NCBI GenBank assembly: GCA_030390025.1
Contig: CM059432.1
Location: 152,832,001-152,896,000 of the forward strand
From: Squalus acanthias
Lineage: Eukaryota
Direction: 5' to 3'
DNA: 64,000 bases
Below, piece after piece: positions 13,701 to 26,221 of the stretch. A program made the translations under genes and the position numbers. Positions within the stretch are counted from its first letter, which is position 1. Every line of letters starts with the position of its first letter. A model generated the notes under the pieces. That model saw only the letters and a list, made by a program, of their open reading frames with translations. It was not told the DNA's origin and did no database searches.

Positions 13701-13820
13701 CCCGAGAGAGAGACTCACCCCCCGAGAGAGAGACTCACCCCCCGAGAGAGAGACTCACCCCCCGAGAGAGAGACTCACCCCCCGAGAGAGACTCACCCCC
13801 CGAGAGAGAGACTCACCCCC
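7771..13820. repeat. Minisatellite, ~20-bp unit GAGAGAGAGACTCACCCCCC, roughly 300 copies, truncated by an assembly gap
   Basis: Seen directly. Variants differ mainly in GA-dinucleotide number and C-run length. Preceded by a degenerate (CA)n tract at ~7705-7767. Confidence 0.99.
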
Positions 13821-14020
13821 NNNNNNNNNNNNNNNNNNNNNNNNNNNNNNNNNNNNNNNNNNNNNNNNNNNNNNNNNNNNNNNNNNNNNNNNNNNNNNNN
13901 NNNNNNNNNNNNNNNNNNNNNNNNNNNNNNNNNNNNNNNNNNNNNNNNNNNNNNNNNNNNNNNNNNNNNNNNNNNNNNNNNNNNNNNNNNNNNNNNNNNN
14001 NNNNNNNNNNNNNNNNNNNN
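13821..14020. other. Assembly gap (200 N)
   Basis: Exactly 200 N, typical of a fixed-size scaffold join. Confidence 0.99.
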
Positions 14021-14329
14021 GGGAGGGGGTGGGTGGGAGCGGTGGCAGTGCAGATTTATGGATTGTACTGTCATGTTGGGAAGCCTATAAGATATGTGGA
14101 AAAGTGGCGAGTAAAAAGGGCCAGAATAGGGAAATCAAAACTATTCATAATTACACATGGCCTTAATGTAGCAAACCATCTCAAACCACATCCCCGGTGG
14201 GGGAGGGGAAGTGGAGAAATGGCCATCAGAGACTAAAAAGAAGCATTTAGGAAAGAAGCAAAAGAGACAGCAATTCGGGGAGGGAGGAAGGAAATTGTGT
14301 GCAGATACACAGGCCATTGAAGGTGGTAG

Positions 14330-14790
14330 CCCAGGTCGGTAAGGGCATAGAAAGGAATCCTGGGTTTTGTATTTAGAGACAAAATACAAAAGCAAAGAGT
14401 TAAAGTCATGCAGGATCTTCCATAGGCTGATGTTGGAGTGTGTACAGCAATGGAAAAGGTGCAACATAGATTCACTGTTCCAGTTCTGAAGAGAGAATTG
14501 GAAAGCTGGGGTTTTCTTCCTTTGAGTGGCGAGGTTGAGGGATGACCTGACAGAGGTCTCCGAGATTCTGAAGGACTGTGATGAGGGAAGTGGTGAGAGG
14601 TTGTTTCCACTGGTCAGTCAGACAGCAATGAGAGTAGCCCACATTTAAGATAATCACAAAATGAATTAAAGGGGAGATTAGAAAAACATTTCTTTACACA
14701 GAGGGTGTTTAGGATGTGGAATTCTCTGCCACAAACCTTGGTTGAAGTAGCATCCATACAATCTTTCAAAAGAGACTTAGTTACTTAATG
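14330..14790 (+). mobile_element. Old degraded CR1 3' fragment
   Basis: Residual aggttgaggg-gacct and ttctttacacagagggtgtttaggatgtggaattctctgccaca motifs shared with intact CR1 3' ends in the window. Confidence 0.65.
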
Positions 14791-16059
14791 GGACTAGCAA
14801 CCCAGAGGTTGTGAGTTCAAACCTCACTCTGGCAAGTTGAGCGTTGGAAGGGCTGGTGGGCTGGGACAATGTACACGAACAGTCCAGCAGCTGCAGCTAG
14901 TACTGACGAAGCGCTGCCGATAAACACGAGTGTGGCAGTGATTGTTACTGTTTCTTTTTACATTGCCTATCAGTTATGAGTCAAGACTGTCAAAAATGGA
15001 GACACGCTAAATATATATAAACTTTAAAAATCCTCAAAATATCTCTGTAAATTTCTTTTAAAACAATGATTTCAGTAACAGATGGTAACGTATTGTGACC
15101 TATAGCAGCTGCTCCTTCTAAACGTTTATCTTGTCATTCACTAGTTTTAATTAGAATTAGCTTTACATTTTTTGAGTGAAGCAGAGGTAACGCGAGAGAG
15201 CTTTCTACAAGTGTAAAGATATGCCCTCATTCCAATGACTGGGGGTCTCATCCTCTTACTAATGTCTGTTTTCTATTTCCTTTAGCTTCATGCTGAGTAT
15301 CCATGTAATTAGTATTAGTTGTGGTCATATATATATATTTTAAATTTCCATTTCTGACTTAACTTTTACAAAGTCATTTTACTTTTGCAAGCAATTCTGG
15401 CATAAAACTTATTTCCTTTTATCTACTTCTCATAAATTATCAGAGTTTCCATAAACTGCATAATCTTTTCAATGATACCATGTAGTTGATGAGCACTTTA
15501 TTTAAACATTCTTAGACCATCTCTGTTGTGAAGTTTGTAGATCCTTCTGTTGTAGTGCAGCGTAGATGCAATACGTTGGGAGTTGCTGTATAGATATCAT
15601 AGGACTGATTCCTTAATTGTCCATCCCAGGTGAGGAGCAGCACACACAGGAAGACCTGGTGGTGAAATCGGCAAGCCCACAGCCTCTGATTTCCTGTTCG
15701 CTTAAATCAACAGATGGCAGTTCGGGACTGCAGGTCATGAATTCCTGACCTCTGCTTCCCGTAAGCACTGCTGTGCGTTGGGAGTGATCCGTGTGAAAAT
15801 CATCTCTCTTATTTCAGGGTTCTGATTCCTAATGTGTAAATTGAAAATGTGTTTGAATGATCCATGAGGAACACAGATCTAGGAGAGATTGCCGTGCTTT
15901 GTGATCACATCGGTACTTGGAAGGCACAACTCCACTGAGCGTTACATGTTGACATTGTATTAGCCTTTTCATTGCTGGAAGTTCTCCTTCAGCTTTCTCC
16001 AGACAGCACCGGCAAAAATATTGTTTGCATCGACATTCCATAGTTTTCCCAACCATCAA

Positions 16060-16432
16060 AGTGAAGTACTTGCGTTTATATAGCAGTTTATTATACCTTC
16101 AGGATGCCTCAAAGCTCTTCATAACAGATAAATTTGTTTCGAAGTGTCATCACTGTTTTGTGGGCAAATGCAGCAGCCAATTTGAGCTCAGCAACTCCCG
16201 CATAAGTCAGATGAGATGGATGACCAGTTAAACTGTTTTGGGTGCAATTGGTTGAGGGCGGAGTGTTGACCAAGGTATCAAGAGAACACCTCGCTCTTCT
16301 TCAAATAGAGCCATGGAATCTTTAATATCCACTTGGACCATTGGAACTTGGCGTGACATCTCATCCTAAAGACAGCACCTCTGACAATGCAGCACTCCCC
16401 TCAGTACTACAATGAAGTGTCAGCCTAGATTA
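16060..16432 (-). mobile_element. Deu-domain SINE, degraded
   Basis: ctcttcttcaaatagagccatggaatc...gcagcactcccctcagtac...gtcagcctagattatg matches the other copies. Confidence 0.75.
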
Positions 16433-16479
16433 TGCATTAGAAAGGTGCATACCCACAGAAGAGTTCCTATAATTTTTTT

Positions 16480-16740
16480 TTAATTCATTCTCATGGGTGA
16501 CACTGGAAAGGCCGTGTTTACTGCCCATTCCTAGTTGCCTTGAGAAGGTGGTGGGGAAGGATCTCCTTTTTGAACCACAGCAGCCCTTGTGCTGATGATG
16601 CTCCCACAATGGTGTTGGATAAAGGAATTCTAGGACATTGACCCAGTGACAATGAAGGACATAGCTAATTGTCCTTCTTGGTGGGCAGGAGGTGCTGTCA
16701 AAGTAACCTTGGTGAGTTACTGCAGTGCATCTTTGAATAA
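16480..16740 (-). mobile_element. LINE 3' end fragment (same family as 23330-23730 and 46260-46425)
   Basis: ttactgcccattcctagttgccttgagaaggtggtgg is the reverse complement of the 23640-23690 motif. Confidence 0.65.
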
Positions 16741-19700
16741 GTCACTTGTAAGTATGTTCAGTCTTGTTTGTTGCTGCAAAAATGCTGCCCGGCCCTTGTG
16801 GGGTATGTCAACCTCTACATTTAATTGTGTACCTCAGTGTTCCTTTTTCATTGGAACTCCAAGTCACACCATTTGAAAAATTCTTGTTCTCAGCGGGGTT
16901 TTATTTTGGAGCAAATGTAATGATTGGAAGCAGCGTACACATCTGAATGGTAATTCTGTTGTCATAACGGATTTAACACAAATATGATAAATGCAATGGA
17001 ACGGCACGAGTGACAGAGAATAGTCTGACCTTTTAAGTTGAAAGCTTTTTACTTTTCAACGAGGCTCCCATTACTCAGGTTGTTGAAGTGCGTGGGTAAT
17101 CTGGCTGCTTATAGTCGCACGGGCTTTAAGTAAGTTTTCTTTTACCTCGCCTTCTCAGTCAATGAAATAAAAAAAGTTGCAATTTCGTGGGCATATAAAT
17201 GGCCTGCTATAGTTCAGAATGAATTATTAAAGGAATAACAGAAAATAAATGTTGAAATGCTTTTGTGCTATAAAGTATGGCTTAAAACATCCTCCGTTCA
17301 TGTTAGATTTGTACTCCCGCCTCTTGTAGTCAAATCTGTGCCGGTTAAAGTAGTTAACTGGTTATAATACTAGCAATGCTGAGGTTGTGATTCCAAAATT
17401 GTGATTTCAAATTCAATATATCTGGTAATTTTTGGGCAGAAAAATCTATTTTATATTAAATTGGGTACTTGGGGTGCACATTTCATTAAAAGTACCAGCA
17501 GTACCTGTTATGCATGTAGGTAGCGCTGTGATAGCTGTTTTCAATGTTAAAGGTGTCACGCTATGTGACATACAGTAGTTGGTGTGTTGTATTTTATACC
17601 GAGATAATAATCTACACCTATTATACATGGATTAGATTTTCTTCTTCCCTCATCTGGGGAGTTTTTCAAGCGCAGGCACTCTGTAAAAAGATTTTTAAAA
17701 GCCCCTGTCAGACCACCAGCTATTTGTTAACATCTGCCTGTTGGTTAATGGTGGTCTTGGCGCCATGACCATTGGCGCTGCTAGCTCTTGCACCCCAGGT
17801 AGTGATGGGTAATTTTTAAATTTTGCCAGTGGAAGCTCCTGGGAGCCTCAAAAAATGTATTCCCGCCCGCCCCCCCCCACCGCCCTTTGTCGGCTCTTCC
17901 ACAACAAGGAGAGACCGAGCAAACAATTTGCCCTGAGAACAAGAGCCACTGATATATGGCCAGCAGCAACTTCCAATCCCACTCCCACTGCACTCCAGGC
18001 TAGACAGCAGGATGAAGAGCCGCCGCTAGGGAGCCTCGGTACTGCTGCCCACCATCATCTAGGAGGGTCCACATCTGGAACAGGAGCCTGGACTGGAAGC
18101 AGAAGTGTGAGAAGAAGGAATGTGAAACAGAGCTGGAGACCCAGTAACACCTGCTCATTGACTTTTCCCATCCCCCTCCTGTCCTTCTTGCCTGCTCCCC
18201 CTTGTGTCCCTCCCTTCATTACACCCCTGTCCTTGCCACCTCCCTCCATCACATCTCAGCCTTTTCCCTTGTCTTTTCCTCCCCTCCCTGCCCCCATCCA
18301 CCCTCCTCCCTACCACCTCAGCTCAGATTGGGTTGACAATACTGGTGTTACTGATCACAGAGGTGCAGCCACTTCCACTGCTCCAGCTGCATCTGGCCAG
18401 CCTCTGGTGGCCCTCGGACTCGGAGGTCAGAGTGCTACCACTGAGCCACGACTGACACTTAGTACGTTAACACTCTGAGTGCTGATGGTGCTGCTTCGGA
18501 ACACTTGCTTTCGATCCTCTGAATGTCAGCTGGAGTAGTTTCCTTGACCCTCCAATGCGGAGTATTTGAATGGATGACTGTGCAGAGTGACGGAGCACTT
18601 TTTAATGCACAGTACCCGAGGTGGGAATAGACTGAACATGCTGCTGCCGTTCTCAAAGGATTGAGACATATGTTTTGAGTGAATTTTCTGATTTTGCATG
18701 CTGCCTGAAGGGAGGGGGTGGGAAGGAAGAAGTGCTGCATGCCACAGAATGCTTTTACAAACCATTGACATTATCATTAGACTCTTCATGTACTCATATC
18801 GGAATGGGGCAATATGGATTATTATAGCTTAGATATCAGAACAAAGTAGATTTTACTCCAGGTAATCTTGCATTACCCAACTAGAAAAACAATTGAAAGT
18901 AAATTGGTCAATAAACAGCCAGCATTAAATCTAAGCGATTGTAGCAGGTTTCTTTTTTTTTGAAAGGGCTTTTGCTGTATTTGTTCTTATGGAAGTAATC
19001 TGGTATTTTCATATTTTGAATGTTAAATATGAAGATACTACATATTTATGACCTATTGCTGAAGTATTGAAAATATCCTGCCCGTGAAATTCGGCACCTT
19101 AGTGCCGGCAGTTAAGGCCGGTTTGAAGAAAAAAATGGCGGCCACCTCGCATCCGCCCACTTCCGGCGCGGTCTGCGCTGTTCGCCATCCTAGTGAGGGC
19201 GATAGCACAGGTGGGGCCTGCGTGCGCGGCAGTATGCAGAGTAGGCAGATCGTGACATCAGTCAGCGTGTAACGCTGCTTTGACGCACGACCTGCCAGTT
19301 TGGACGTCACGTTCCAATCAACGCCCTCTCCTAAACACCAACAGCTGACTGTGCTGATGAAGCTGCCAAGTATTCAGCGGATGTTTTAAACCATTGGACA
19401 ACTAAGCATAGCTGTCAGTGAGTGCGCTCAGTCCATTCTGAGGGCTATTGAACGATAAAAGGAGCGACTCTCATAAAGAACCACATGTGTTTGCCGTGGG
19501 GCCTGCCTGGAGTGGCATGTTACTAACACCACTTAATGCTTTCTAATTTGTGGTTTAACATTGCTTTGTTTGGCAACATTCTTAATATGTCCTCCAGTGC
19601 TTGGCAAACCTGGTTAAACTGAAGGATACATGCGCAGTGGGGGAGCATGTGACTGGAATTAGGTGTATTTAAAGATGCAGGTACAGAAAATCCATTCTGA

Positions 19701-20379
19701 TCCCCTCGGGTTTACATCTTCCTTTTCACTCACAAAAGTGAAACTAATGGGCCCTCTTCTGGTACAATTATGGTACTGCAAGCGTTCCTATCATTTCTGG
19801 TGCTGCTCTGTAAGGGATAGCGGACAGTTAAGCTATTGCTGTGTTGCCACATTTTCACAACCAGCGATTCAACAACACACCACTCAAGCAACTGATGCAC
19901 AAGTGTTTTTTTTTTAAAACAGTCTGGTCATTGATGGCATGAATGAGACCACTGACAGATTTTCATGGTGCTAAAGCTGATTGGTTTAAGTTTTAAGTGA
20001 GGTCCTCATTTCTGCAGAGACCGAAACTCCGAACAGTTCTGAGAGTTGTGTGTGGCTTGTCATTGCTGTAATGTGCTGCTGTCTTTGTTTGTAGCCCTGT
20101 GCAGTGTTGTATCAGCCTGGTTTAAAGTAATGTGCATTGAAGAGCTGTCTCTGGTAAATGTCTGTAACATTTTTCCAACAGTGAAATCACAAACTACACC
20201 CAGTGTGAATTTGTAAAAACAAGTACACCAGTGGTCTTTTTAAGCACCGTGCGATTAATTAACTAACCATACATAAAACTGATGTAATTTAAAAAAATAA
20301 ATTTAAAATTTCTATTAATTTGGATATCTTTTAAGACAATGGGTGTTTTCTTGCAATGATTACAACACATTGGACACTG

Positions 20380-22560
20380 GAATAGGGCTAACTTCAATGG
20401 GATGCGAAAGGATCTAGCCAGGGTAAAATGGAACCAAAGACTGACAGGAAAAACTAACGGAACAATGGGTGATCTTTAAGGAGGAGATGTTCCAAGTACA
20501 GGCTAGGTTCATTCCAACAAGAGGGAAGGGTAAGGGAACCAAAGCAAGGGCTCCTTGGATGACGAAGGAGATAGAGAAGATGATGAAACAAAAAAAATGG
20601 TGTATGATGCATGTAAGGTGAATTCTTCAAGGGAAAACCAGACCGAATACAATAAGTTGAGAGGGGATGTGAAGATGAAAATAAGATTGGCAAAGAGAGA
20701 ATATGAGAGTAGAATGGCGGTTAACATAAAAGGGAACCCAAAAATCTTCTACCGGCATGTAAACAGTAAGCGGGTAGTAAGAGGCGGGGTGGGGCCTATT
20801 AGAGACAAAGAAGGCGATATATGCTTAGAGGCGCAGGGCAAGGCTAGAATTCTCAATGAGTACTTTGTATCAGTGTTTACTAAGGAGGTGGATGCTGACA
20901 AAATATCGGTAGACGTGGAAAAGGTAGAAGCAATGGAAGGGGTGAAAATTGATAGACAGGATGTACTAGAAAGGCTGGGTATGCTTAGAGTGGATAAGTC
21001 GCCTGGTCCAGATGGCTTGCATCCCAGGTTGCTAAGGGAATTGGGGGAGGAGATAGCGGAAGGGCTTCCCATAATTTTCCAATCTTCCCTAGATGTGGGG
21101 GAGGTGCCTGAGGATTGAAAAGTGGCAAATGTGACACCATTGTTCAAGAAAGGGTGTAAGGACAATCCTAGTAACTACAGGCCAGTCAGTTTAACATCAG
21201 TGATGGGTAAAGTTTTAGAAACAATAATCAAGGAAAAAATTAACGGGCACTTGGAGAGGTTTAAGCTAATTAAGGAGAGCCAACACGGATTTGTAAAAGG
21301 CAGATCGTGTTTGACTAATCTAATTTAATTTTTTGATGAAGTAACAGAGAGGATTGATGAAGGAATTGTAATGGATGTTGTCTACATGGATTTTTGGAAG
21401 GCGTTTGACAAAGTACCACATAGAAGGCTGGTTAACAAAATTGAGGCTCATGGAATAGGTGGGTCAGTGGCAGCTTGGATAAGGAATTGGCTTAAGGACA
21501 GAAAACAGCGAGTTGTGGTAAATGGCTGTTTTTCAGACTGGAGGATGGTAGACAGTGGTGTTCCCCAAGGGTCAGTGCTGGGGCCACTGCTTTTTTTGAT
21601 ATATATAAATGACCTGGATATTGGAATACAGAGTAGAATTTCTAAATTTGCTGATGACACCAAACTTTGGGGTATGGCAAACAGTGATGATGATACCAAT
21701 TGATTGCAACAGGACATAGAAAGGCTAGCAGAATGGACAGACAAGTGGCAGATGGAATTTAATACAGAGAAGTGTGAGGTGGTGCATTTTGGCAGAAGGA
21801 ACAGGGAGAGGCAATATACACCTAATGGCACAGTTTTAAAGAGTGTGCAGGGACAGAGGGACCCGGGAGTTAATGTGCATAGGTCCCTGAAGGTGACGGG
21901 ACATATTGAGAGAATGGTTAACAAAGCATATGGATCTTGGCCATCATAAATAGAGGTATTCAGTACATAAGTAGAGAAGTTATGCTGAACCTTTATAAAG
22001 CGCTTGTTAGGCCACAACTGGAGTATTGCGTCCAGCTCTGGTCACCACACTTTAGGAAGGATGTGAAGGCCCTTGAGAGGGTGCAGAGGAGATTTACCAG
22101 AATGGTTCCGGGGATGGGGGATCTTGGCTACAAGGACAGGTTGGAGAAGCTGGATTTGTTTTCATTAGAGCAAAGGAGGTTGAGGGGTGGTTTGATAGAG
22201 GTGTACAAGATTATGACGGGTTTGGATAGGCTAGACGGGGAAAGGCTGTTCCCACTAGTTGATGGTACAAGGACTAGGGGACACAGATTTAAGGTTTTGG
22301 GCAAGAGATGGTGGCGGGGGGGGCGGATGTGAGGAAAACTTTTTTACGCAGCGAGTGGTGAGGACCTGGAACTCGCTGCTGACGGAAGTGGTGGAAGCGG
22401 GGAGACACAATGTTTTCATGGGGAGACTGTATAGGCTCTTGAGGGAAATAAACTTGCAGGGATAGAGCGGGGGAATGGGACTGACTGGATTGCTCTACAG
22501 AGAGCCGGCACGGACTCGATGGGCTGAATGGCCTCCTTCTGTGCCGTTTTGACTCTATGA
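20380..22560 (+). mobile_element. CR1 LINE, 5'-truncated, RT with several stops and frameshifts
   Basis: [49 protein letters not shown] split over five ORFs; CR1 3'UTR. Confidence 0.93.
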
Positions 22561-22567
22561 CAGTATT

Positions 22568-22728
22568 GGGGTAGAACGTCCATGGGGTTTCCCGATCTTC
22601 CGCTATAACTTTGGCAGAAGATTGGCGTAGAACCCGGAGAAGTGGCGTAAACGGGCGCTAATGCCACTTCTGTGGGTTTTCAACTGAAGTTACAGTGGAC
22701 GATCGGAAGAACCCCCGAGGAAGTTCTT
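22568..22728. mobile_element. Short palindromic MITE-like element
   Basis: gggtttcccgatcttccgctataactt pairs imperfectly with gaagttacagtggacgatcggaagaaccc; agaagtggcgt pairs with atgccacttct. Starts GGGGTAGAA, like the 4546 TIR. Confidence 0.6.
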
Positions 22729-22922
22729 TTGAACTGAAGCAATGGTGAAGTATCCAATCATTTCAATTGAGCAACTTTGAATTAAGAGGAGTAGGCTGTA
22801 CGTATTTGACGTATTTTGAATATATTTACAGGTCCTAGTGTGTAGGAAGTTGTTAATCAATCCTGTTTGTAGATGAGTTAACATGTCATGCTGATGATTT
22901 GTCTTTTTATTTCCCCATCCAG

Positions 22923-23072
22923 CACATAAATAACGACCACATCCACGGAGAGAAGAAAGAGTTTGTGTGCAGGTGGCAGGACTGCTCTCGAGAACAGAAG
23001 CCATTTAAAGCCCAGTACATGCTTGTGGTTCATATGAGGCGACACACTGGGGAGAAGCCACACAAGTGCACT
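22923..23072 (+). CDS. GLI3: GLI3 coding exon (end of ZF1, ZF2, linker); corresponds to human exon 11
   Basis: Acceptor ...ttccccatccAG, donor GTGAGT. 150 bp, phase 0/0: [54 protein letters not shown] and DCSREQK match GLI3 rather than GLI2 (NNEH, ACTREQK). Confidence 0.97.
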
Positions 23073-23329
23073 GTGAGTCTGTTCATTGAGTACGTTCCCT
23101 CGCTCGTTATTCACCAAAGGTCGCTGTCCTGTTGCCAAGAGCAAAATGATCTTCACATCTACAAATTTAAGCAAATGCATATTCACCCCTGTATTCTTCA
23201 GGCTTTTTCAATGTCTACCCAGCACCAGTAAAACAAACTTGTTGTATTTTTTTCCTTGATTTATTCCAGGAATAATAAGTAACTTCTAGCACACTTCTGT
23301 CACTTTACACTGGGAAGAGTCCTCTCCCG

Positions 23330-23730
23330 CAGCCCATCCTCCACCTTAAACATTCACTCCCTCCACCACCGGTGTACCGTGGCTGCAGTGTGTACCATCT
23401 ACAAGATGCACTGCAGCAACTCGCCAAGACTCCTTCGGCAGCACCTCCCAAACCCGCGACCTCTTCCACCTAGAAGGACAAGGGCAGCAGGCGCATGGGA
23501 ACACCACCACCTCCAAGTCACACAACATTCTGACTTAGAAGTATATCGCTGATCCTTCATCGTCGCTGGGTCAAAATCCTGGAACTCCCTACCTAACAGC
23601 ACTGTGGGAGTAACTTCACCCAGCAGTTCAAGAAAGCAGCTCACCACCACCTTCTCAAGGGCAATTAGGGATGGGCAATAAATGCTGGCCTTGCCAGCGA
23701 CGCCCAGATCCCGAGAATGAATTTTACAAA
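23330..23730 (+). mobile_element. LINE 3' end (CR1/L2 group)
   Basis: cactccctccaccacc...tggaactccctacctaacagc...caccttctcaagggcaattagggatgggcaataaatgctggcc; present three times in the window. Confidence 0.7.
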
Positions 23731-23995
23731 AAATTGACAGATTTCTGACGAAATTAGAATAATCTAATTAACATAGAAAGGGGTATGCCAGAAGTAATTT
23801 TATATGGAAATTTCCCACTATATGGTTAATCTCCAGCCGGAAGTCGTTTAAAACCCAAATTCTGAGCCAGTTTTCCAACAAAGTCCCTGACCCATATCTC
23901 AAGTGAAATAAGAAATCAAAACATTCACCTATCAGAGCTGACGACTAAAATTATCCGCAGGCAATTTAAAAAGTTCGTCCAGTGTAATGAATATT

Positions 23996-24711
23996 GGGCC
24001 GTATTTTGCAACCCTCGTACGCACCTGTAGGGGCCGCACAAGTTCAGGGTTTAGGTATGCGAAGCGCATGCGCTAAAACCCGGAACTTGCGATCTGTCAA
24101 GAATCCTCTTGACAGATCCTCCGCATCCCCGGGAGATGGGCCTCTGCGGGTGGAGAGTTGCGCTATTTGCCCAACTTCCGCCCGCTGAATGCCTGTCAAA
24201 TTCTTACGCCTGGTCAAAGCAGATGTAAGAGATTTAAAAAATAGAAAAATAAAATGTTATCACTCGTTTATACATTAAAAAACCTGTCCAATAAGGCAAG
24301 TTTATTTTTAGCCCCGTTAAAATATATTTAAAAAAATTTCAAAAAATTAAATTTTTGTTTAAAATATTTAATTAAATGGCATTTTAATTAATTTTAAATA
24401 TGTAATTTTTTTAATTTCATGTGTTCATGTATTTTTTAAGTGATCCCCACTCATACTTATGGGAGTTCTGTATGTACGCAACTCCCATAAGTATGAATAG
24501 GGATTCCCTTCTTATATTGGTTGGGCTGGCCCACGTGATCCCAGGGGCGCTTGCGAACCGCATGCGCCCCTGGGACACGTGAGCCGCGTGTACCCGGAGA
24601 GGCCCAGGATCGCAAGCCTCCATACCTCCCGGGCCACCAGGTAAATGCGTAGATTTTTTACAGGTCGGAGGTGTCCGCCCGCGGGAAACCTCCAATCGCA
24701 AGTTTTGGGCC
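23996..24711. mobile_element. Harbinger-like MITE
   Basis: Ends GGGCCGTATTTTGC / GCAAGTTTTGGGCC, ATT on both flanks, GC-rich arms around an AT-rich core. Confidence 0.6.
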
Positions 24712-25291
24712 ATTGATTCTATGCAGCTTCCTGTAACGTCATCATTGTTCAACAAGAGGCCTTGATGTTACAGGGTCCCACTGAAGTTGGCGTAGCTTTT
24801 GTTGGCATGGGCTCAATGAACCACCTGAAAATTACTTTCCCATAAAATACAAAAATACTTTATTTCCATCCGAGTATGTAATACAGACAGATTAATGCGC
24901 ATTGTCACACTTGGAGTGAAGCATTGCCAAAGTAATGCCATTATCCATCATAGGGTCTTTTGAACCCGGGCATTGGCACAGAGCTTGTTAAATGTGATAC
25001 TTTGAGTAAATGTGGCACGTTATCAAATGGAATGTTATTGCTAAATCTTCCACTAAAGTTTTCCATCTGACATAAGATGGCTTTGCCTGTATATTCTGGG
25101 ATAACATGGAATTCAAACTGACAGTTCAGATTTTCTTTTTTCACGCGAATGTTTCATTGATTTCAGGTACAGCAAATGTACATATGAGAGGCGACTGCTC
25201 CAGTAACTGCAATGGGAATTTAGGGAGATTAACTGTTAACCACATGGTTTTCACAACTGCAAGGAGGTCACTCCCCATTTTGTGCAGATAA

Positions 25292-25625
25292 AGAAATGAA
25301 GAGCTTGCATTTAAAGGACGCCTTTTACATCCTCAGGATGTCCCAAAGCACTTCACAATCAATTAGTTACTTTTGAAGTATGATCACCGTTGTTAAATGG
25401 GCAAATGCAGCATTCAGTGTCCGCACAGCAAGATCTCGCAAACAGTAAAATAAATCAATTAGGATTTAATCTGTCCCTTTTTAATAATTTTGGATGAGAG
25501 AGGAATGTTGGTCAGGACTTCATGAGAACTCTCCTGATCGTCTTGCAATAGTGCCGTGGGATCATTTACGTTCACCTGATTAGGTAGCCGGGCTTGATTT
25601 TACGTCTCATCTGAAAGATGGATAA
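25292..25625 (-). mobile_element. Deu-domain SINE 3' portion, degraded
   Basis: ctcaggatgtcccaaagcacttcaca...aatagtgccgtgggatc...cgtctcatctgaaaga. Confidence 0.7.
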
Positions 25626-26221
25626 GCACTTTACTGTATAGTTTAATAGGGATGGGCAGTTATGTTTTCGGTAATTGTGCTTACATTGTATAATGAGTGG
25701 TCGATCAGAATTATTCAGATATGGGGATTGATGTAAAATGCACATACTGAACATTCTTCAGTCTACCACAAGTGAGGGTAAAGAGTAATGCTCGCGTTAG
25801 GCTTCAGTGAGTCCATATCAGAATTTGAAAACAAACTTGGGGAGGAGGGGAGGGGAAATCAGCAATAGAAACAAAAGCATTGATTTGGTTGCTAAGGCAA
25901 CTTCTGATATTGGTTTTGGTAAAGATTGAGGTCTTCAACCTCAGACATTGTCTCTCCCATGTCTATAAAGAAAGAATTCCTATCAAAGAGTGAACTTTGT
26001 GCCTGAGTATCCACTGTTACCAACAGCACACAAGAGAAACATAATTAATTTGTTATACTTGACTTACCTTGGGTAAGGACTGATAAAAGAAATATCATGA
26101 GTACATTATGTTTGGATTTGGCTGTGTGGTCCTCTCAGGAATTCTCAGTGCTCATACCCAAGGCAGAATCAGGTGAGTTTCGCTTCAGAAAACCCAACAA
26201 GCCAAAGTGCTATTTGGCAAT

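Noticed and set aside
7771..13820. CRISPR-like or telomeric array
   Set aside because: No unique spacers, no cas genes, eukaryotic context; the unit is not TTAGGG.
7771..13820. Array of GLI binding sites (autoregulation)
   Set aside because: GACTCACCCC differs from the GLI consensus GACCACCCA by an internal insertion and a substitution; not a credible match.
14900..14930. CTGACGA motif as another hammerhead
   Set aside because: No GAAA box after a pairable stem II and no Penelope context.
17855..18478. 207-aa Pro-rich ORF
   Set aside because: Low-complexity C/T-rich sequence ending in an antisense SINE head; no domain or splice support.
22899..23231. ORF-track boundaries for GLI3 pieces (also 29836-30048, 47410-47829, start at 49701)
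   Set aside because: They run into intron sequence; splice signals and GLI3 homology define the exons reported.
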